The notes beneath the pieces are model-generated. The model saw only the letters and a program-made list of their open reading frames with translations. It ran no database searches and was not told where the DNA came from. A program made the translations under genes and the position numbers. A stretch of DNA of 58,477 nucleotides from a virus. Lineage: Duplodnaviria > Caudoviricetes. How positions within the stretch are numbered: position 1 is the first letter of the stretch; each line of letters starts with the position of its first letter. Positions 56,665 through 58,477 of this stretch are shown here, one piece after another. The stretch covers positions 1 to 58,477 of the IMG/VR virus record IMGVR_UViG_3300030451_002321, one strand, 5' to 3'.

Positions 56665-56913
56665 TCATCGCACGATGCGCGAGTACACACCCGTTAGCAT
56701 CAGCGCACAACCGAACAAACCGACCACGTAGTAGGACATAGAGGACGCAGGCAACTCATTTCCCTTGAACAACACAACGGCAAGGATGACAATAATGGCA
56801 GAAATGAACTGCACCATCACCATGTCCACAATGACACTGCGCTCGGGGTTGAGCACGTCAAGTGTGGAGTTTGCAAAGCCACGGGGCATGTAGGACTTGT
56901 CAGGCATGTTCAT
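56665..56913 (-). CDS. small membrane protein with two transmembrane helices
   Basis: Hydrophobic stretches VMVQFISAIIVILAVVLF and YYVVGLFGCALMLTGVY. Confidence 0.7.
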   Translation of the reverse strand: MNMPDKSYMPRGFANSTLDVLNPERSVIVDMVMVQFISAIIVILAVVLFKGNELPASSMSYYVVGLFGCALMLTGVYSRIVR

Positions 56914-57527
56914 CAGGCTCGACCTCCAGTGATGAAAGAGCGAGCCGTGTTACCGATGAAGCCACCGGCCTTTTCCATCATTCCTTCACTCATGGCAGCA
57001 TTCAGTGCAGTGTTCATCATAGACTGCTGCGCCATGTTGTTGAGTTGCATTTGTTGACCCTCAGCGTTCTGAATGTTCTGTTGAGCGGCAGATTGCAGTG
57101 CGGTAAAGTCAGCCTTGATGTTTTCAGCACTCATGGTTTGGAGGTTCTGAGGCAAAGAAGAGGGGTCCATCTTGAGGTTCCCGTCTTCGTCTGCTACAAA
57201 CACGGCATTCTTCATGACTTCAAGCACCGAATAGGACACAATGTTGTTGAGCATTTCCACCAAAACACCCATCTGAGGACTGGCGATAAAGCGGTCAACA
57301 GGGACAATTCCACGCAGCAACATGATTTGAACTTCCAAATCACTCGGTGGTTGCACGGGTTGGGGTTGAAAACCCGCACCTTGGGCAAAGGCTCCCATGG
57401 CTCCCATTTGTTGCGGTTGCTGACCCCAAGGGTTCTGTGCAGCGGGAGCAGGTTGCCCAAAAGAGGACACTCCAAGACTCAACGTACCGGGAGCCTGTTG
57501 AGGCTGATTGTTGTTCAGGTTAAGCAT
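56913..57527 (-). CDS. Gln-rich hypothetical protein
   Basis: Likely ATG at 57527 after GAGTGA; TGATG coupling to the membrane protein gene. Confidence 0.7.
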   Translation of the reverse strand: MLNLNNNQPQQAPGTLSLGVSSFGQPAPAAQNPWGQQPQQMGAMGAFAQGAGFQPQPVQPPSDLEVQIMLLRGIVPVDRFIASPQMGVLVEMLNNIVSYSVLEVMKNAVFVADEDGNLKMDPSSLPQNLQTMSAENIKADFTALQSAAQQNIQNAEGQQMQLNNMAQQSMMNTALNAAMSEGMMEKAGGFIGNTARSFITGGRA

Positions 57528-57528
57528 G

Positions 57529-58464
57529 TCACTCAACCACCGGAGGGGTTTGTGGGTCAAGAGGGTTTTCACCCTGCATCATGGCTTGAAACGCAGGAGT
57601 AGGTTGGTTCAACAAGGCCAATTCCTGCTGAAAAATCCGCAAGTCAAACGTAATGGTCGTCAGGTCATTGTACCCAGTAGCCGGGTTTTCGTAGTGTGAA
57701 ATGGTAATACCCTTGGTCTTCTTAGCGTCCTTTTCCAGTTCAGCAAAGAAGGGGTCGTACTTTTGCAAGAAGGTTGGTGTTGGGTCCTTCTTGGTCACCG
57801 CAGCCACGGGAACCGTCACCATAGACACGCCCTTCTTCATCCGGTCACGCAACCTACGCGGACTGGATTCGCTCACCTTGTCTTCTTCGGCCTCCCACTT
57901 GCACAACAAGTGGTACAAGTGAAGATGCTCGGGGCAGTAGGTTCCACGCATTTTGCGTCCACTGGTCACCCGGTCCTTTGCGACAAAGGCTTCGGGTTGC
58001 CCGGTTACAGGGTTTTGCCAGTACAACTCCCACAGACTCTTGCCTGTGTCTTCGTCAATGATTTTGTCGTACAGATTGTCCACTTGAATGAGGGCAGCGC
58101 AATCGCACCCGTCAATGACGCACACATGGGCTTGCTTGTCGTAACGATACTTGCGACCCAAAAACAAACGAACAGGGTTGAAGATGCTGCGCTTGGTTGG
58201 TGTCAGCAGTTTGTACGCTTGACGAATATCGCGCCGCCGTGCCTTGTTAGGGTCAGGGTGACGACTGGGATAGAAGTTCACTTTGGGCACTTGCAAATTG
58301 GCCCCCGCAGCAACTTCCTGCATGGCGGTCTGAGCCGTGGCCTGAGCAACCAACGCATCGTGGGTGAGTGCAGCGTTGCCTTGTTGACTGAGGGCATAGA
58401 CACTTGCTGCGTTCATGTCGGCCAAACGCTGCTGCGCTTGCTCAGTTGCGCGAAACGGAATCAT
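57529..58464 (-). CDS. hypothetical protein with CxxxxC...CxxH metal-binding motif
   Basis: GGAGGA RBS at the window edge; CVIDGC...YCPEH. Confidence 0.75.
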   Translation of the reverse strand: MIPFRATEQAQQRLADMNAASVYALSQQGNAALTHDALVAQATAQTAMQEVAAGANLQVPKVNFYPSRHPDPNKARRRDIRQAYKLLTPTKRSIFNPVRLFLGRKYRYDKQAHVCVIDGCDCAALIQVDNLYDKIIDEDTGKSLWELYWQNPVTGQPEAFVAKDRVTSGRKMRGTYCPEHLHLYHLLCKWEAEEDKVSESSPRRLRDRMKKGVSMVTVPVAAVTKKDPTPTFLQKYDPFFAELEKDAKKTKGITISHYENPATGYNDLTTITFDLRIFQQELALLNQPTPAFQAMMQGENPLDPQTPPVVE

Positions 58465-58477
58465 TCTTCCTCCACCA

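Noticed and set aside
50213-57602. Long plus-strand ORFs at 50213-51055 and 56862-57602
   Set aside because: They overlap TerL and other well-supported minus-strand genes; no coding features.
1-58477. CRISPR arrays, tRNA/rRNA genes, IS elements, diversity-generating retroelement
   Set aside because: No spaced repeats, cloverleaf-sized gaps, transposase or reverse transcriptase seen; intergenic space is minimal. Not confirmed computationally.
1-58477. Stop-codon reassignment (nearly all genes end in TGA)
   Set aside because: Standard-code ORFs already tile the window, including a 16.6-kb ORF; TGA preference is explained by overlap with GGTGA RBSs and ATGA/TGATG coupling.

Overview
This window is a gene-dense fragment of a tailed (HK97-fold) archaeal virus genome. 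It most resembles the marine 'magroviruses' predicted to infect Marine Group II Euryarchaeota (Poseidoniales); that call rests on gene content only: a viral group II chaperonin, an MCM-like ATPase, archaeal GGTGA/GAGGTG ribosome-binding sites and a ligase-like gene in the head module. Bases 1-4271 (+) hold a replication/folding arm: MCM-like ATPase, DEDD exonuclease, thermosome and zinc-finger microproteins. Bases 58464->4358 (-) form one continuous morphogenesis arm: TerS-like, TerL, LAGLIDADG protein, portal, a ~1,920-aa protein with a degenerate ligase domain, protease-scaffold, major capsid protein, neck and tail genes, a 5,523-aa giant protein, hub and tail fibre. The most striking unexplained signal is a short peptide motif, roughly (F/M)-D-x-A-(W/F)-x(2-3)-(L/M)-x(0-1)-K or hydrophobic-hydrophobic-K-[ASG]. 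It recurs in about a dozen otherwise unrelated proteins and at the likely maturation sites of the capsid protein and protease. I read it as a capsid-targeting/Lys-cleavage address system that loads cargo into the virion, including an ADP-ribosyltransferase-like protein, a HiPIP-like Fe-S protein, basic DNA-binding peptides, a Cys-rich polyprotein and a pseudo-ligase. Three small genes missing from the ORF track, a probable CTG start and strong GATC/AGCT/CTAG avoidance were also seen. All family calls are by eye from motifs; no database search was run.
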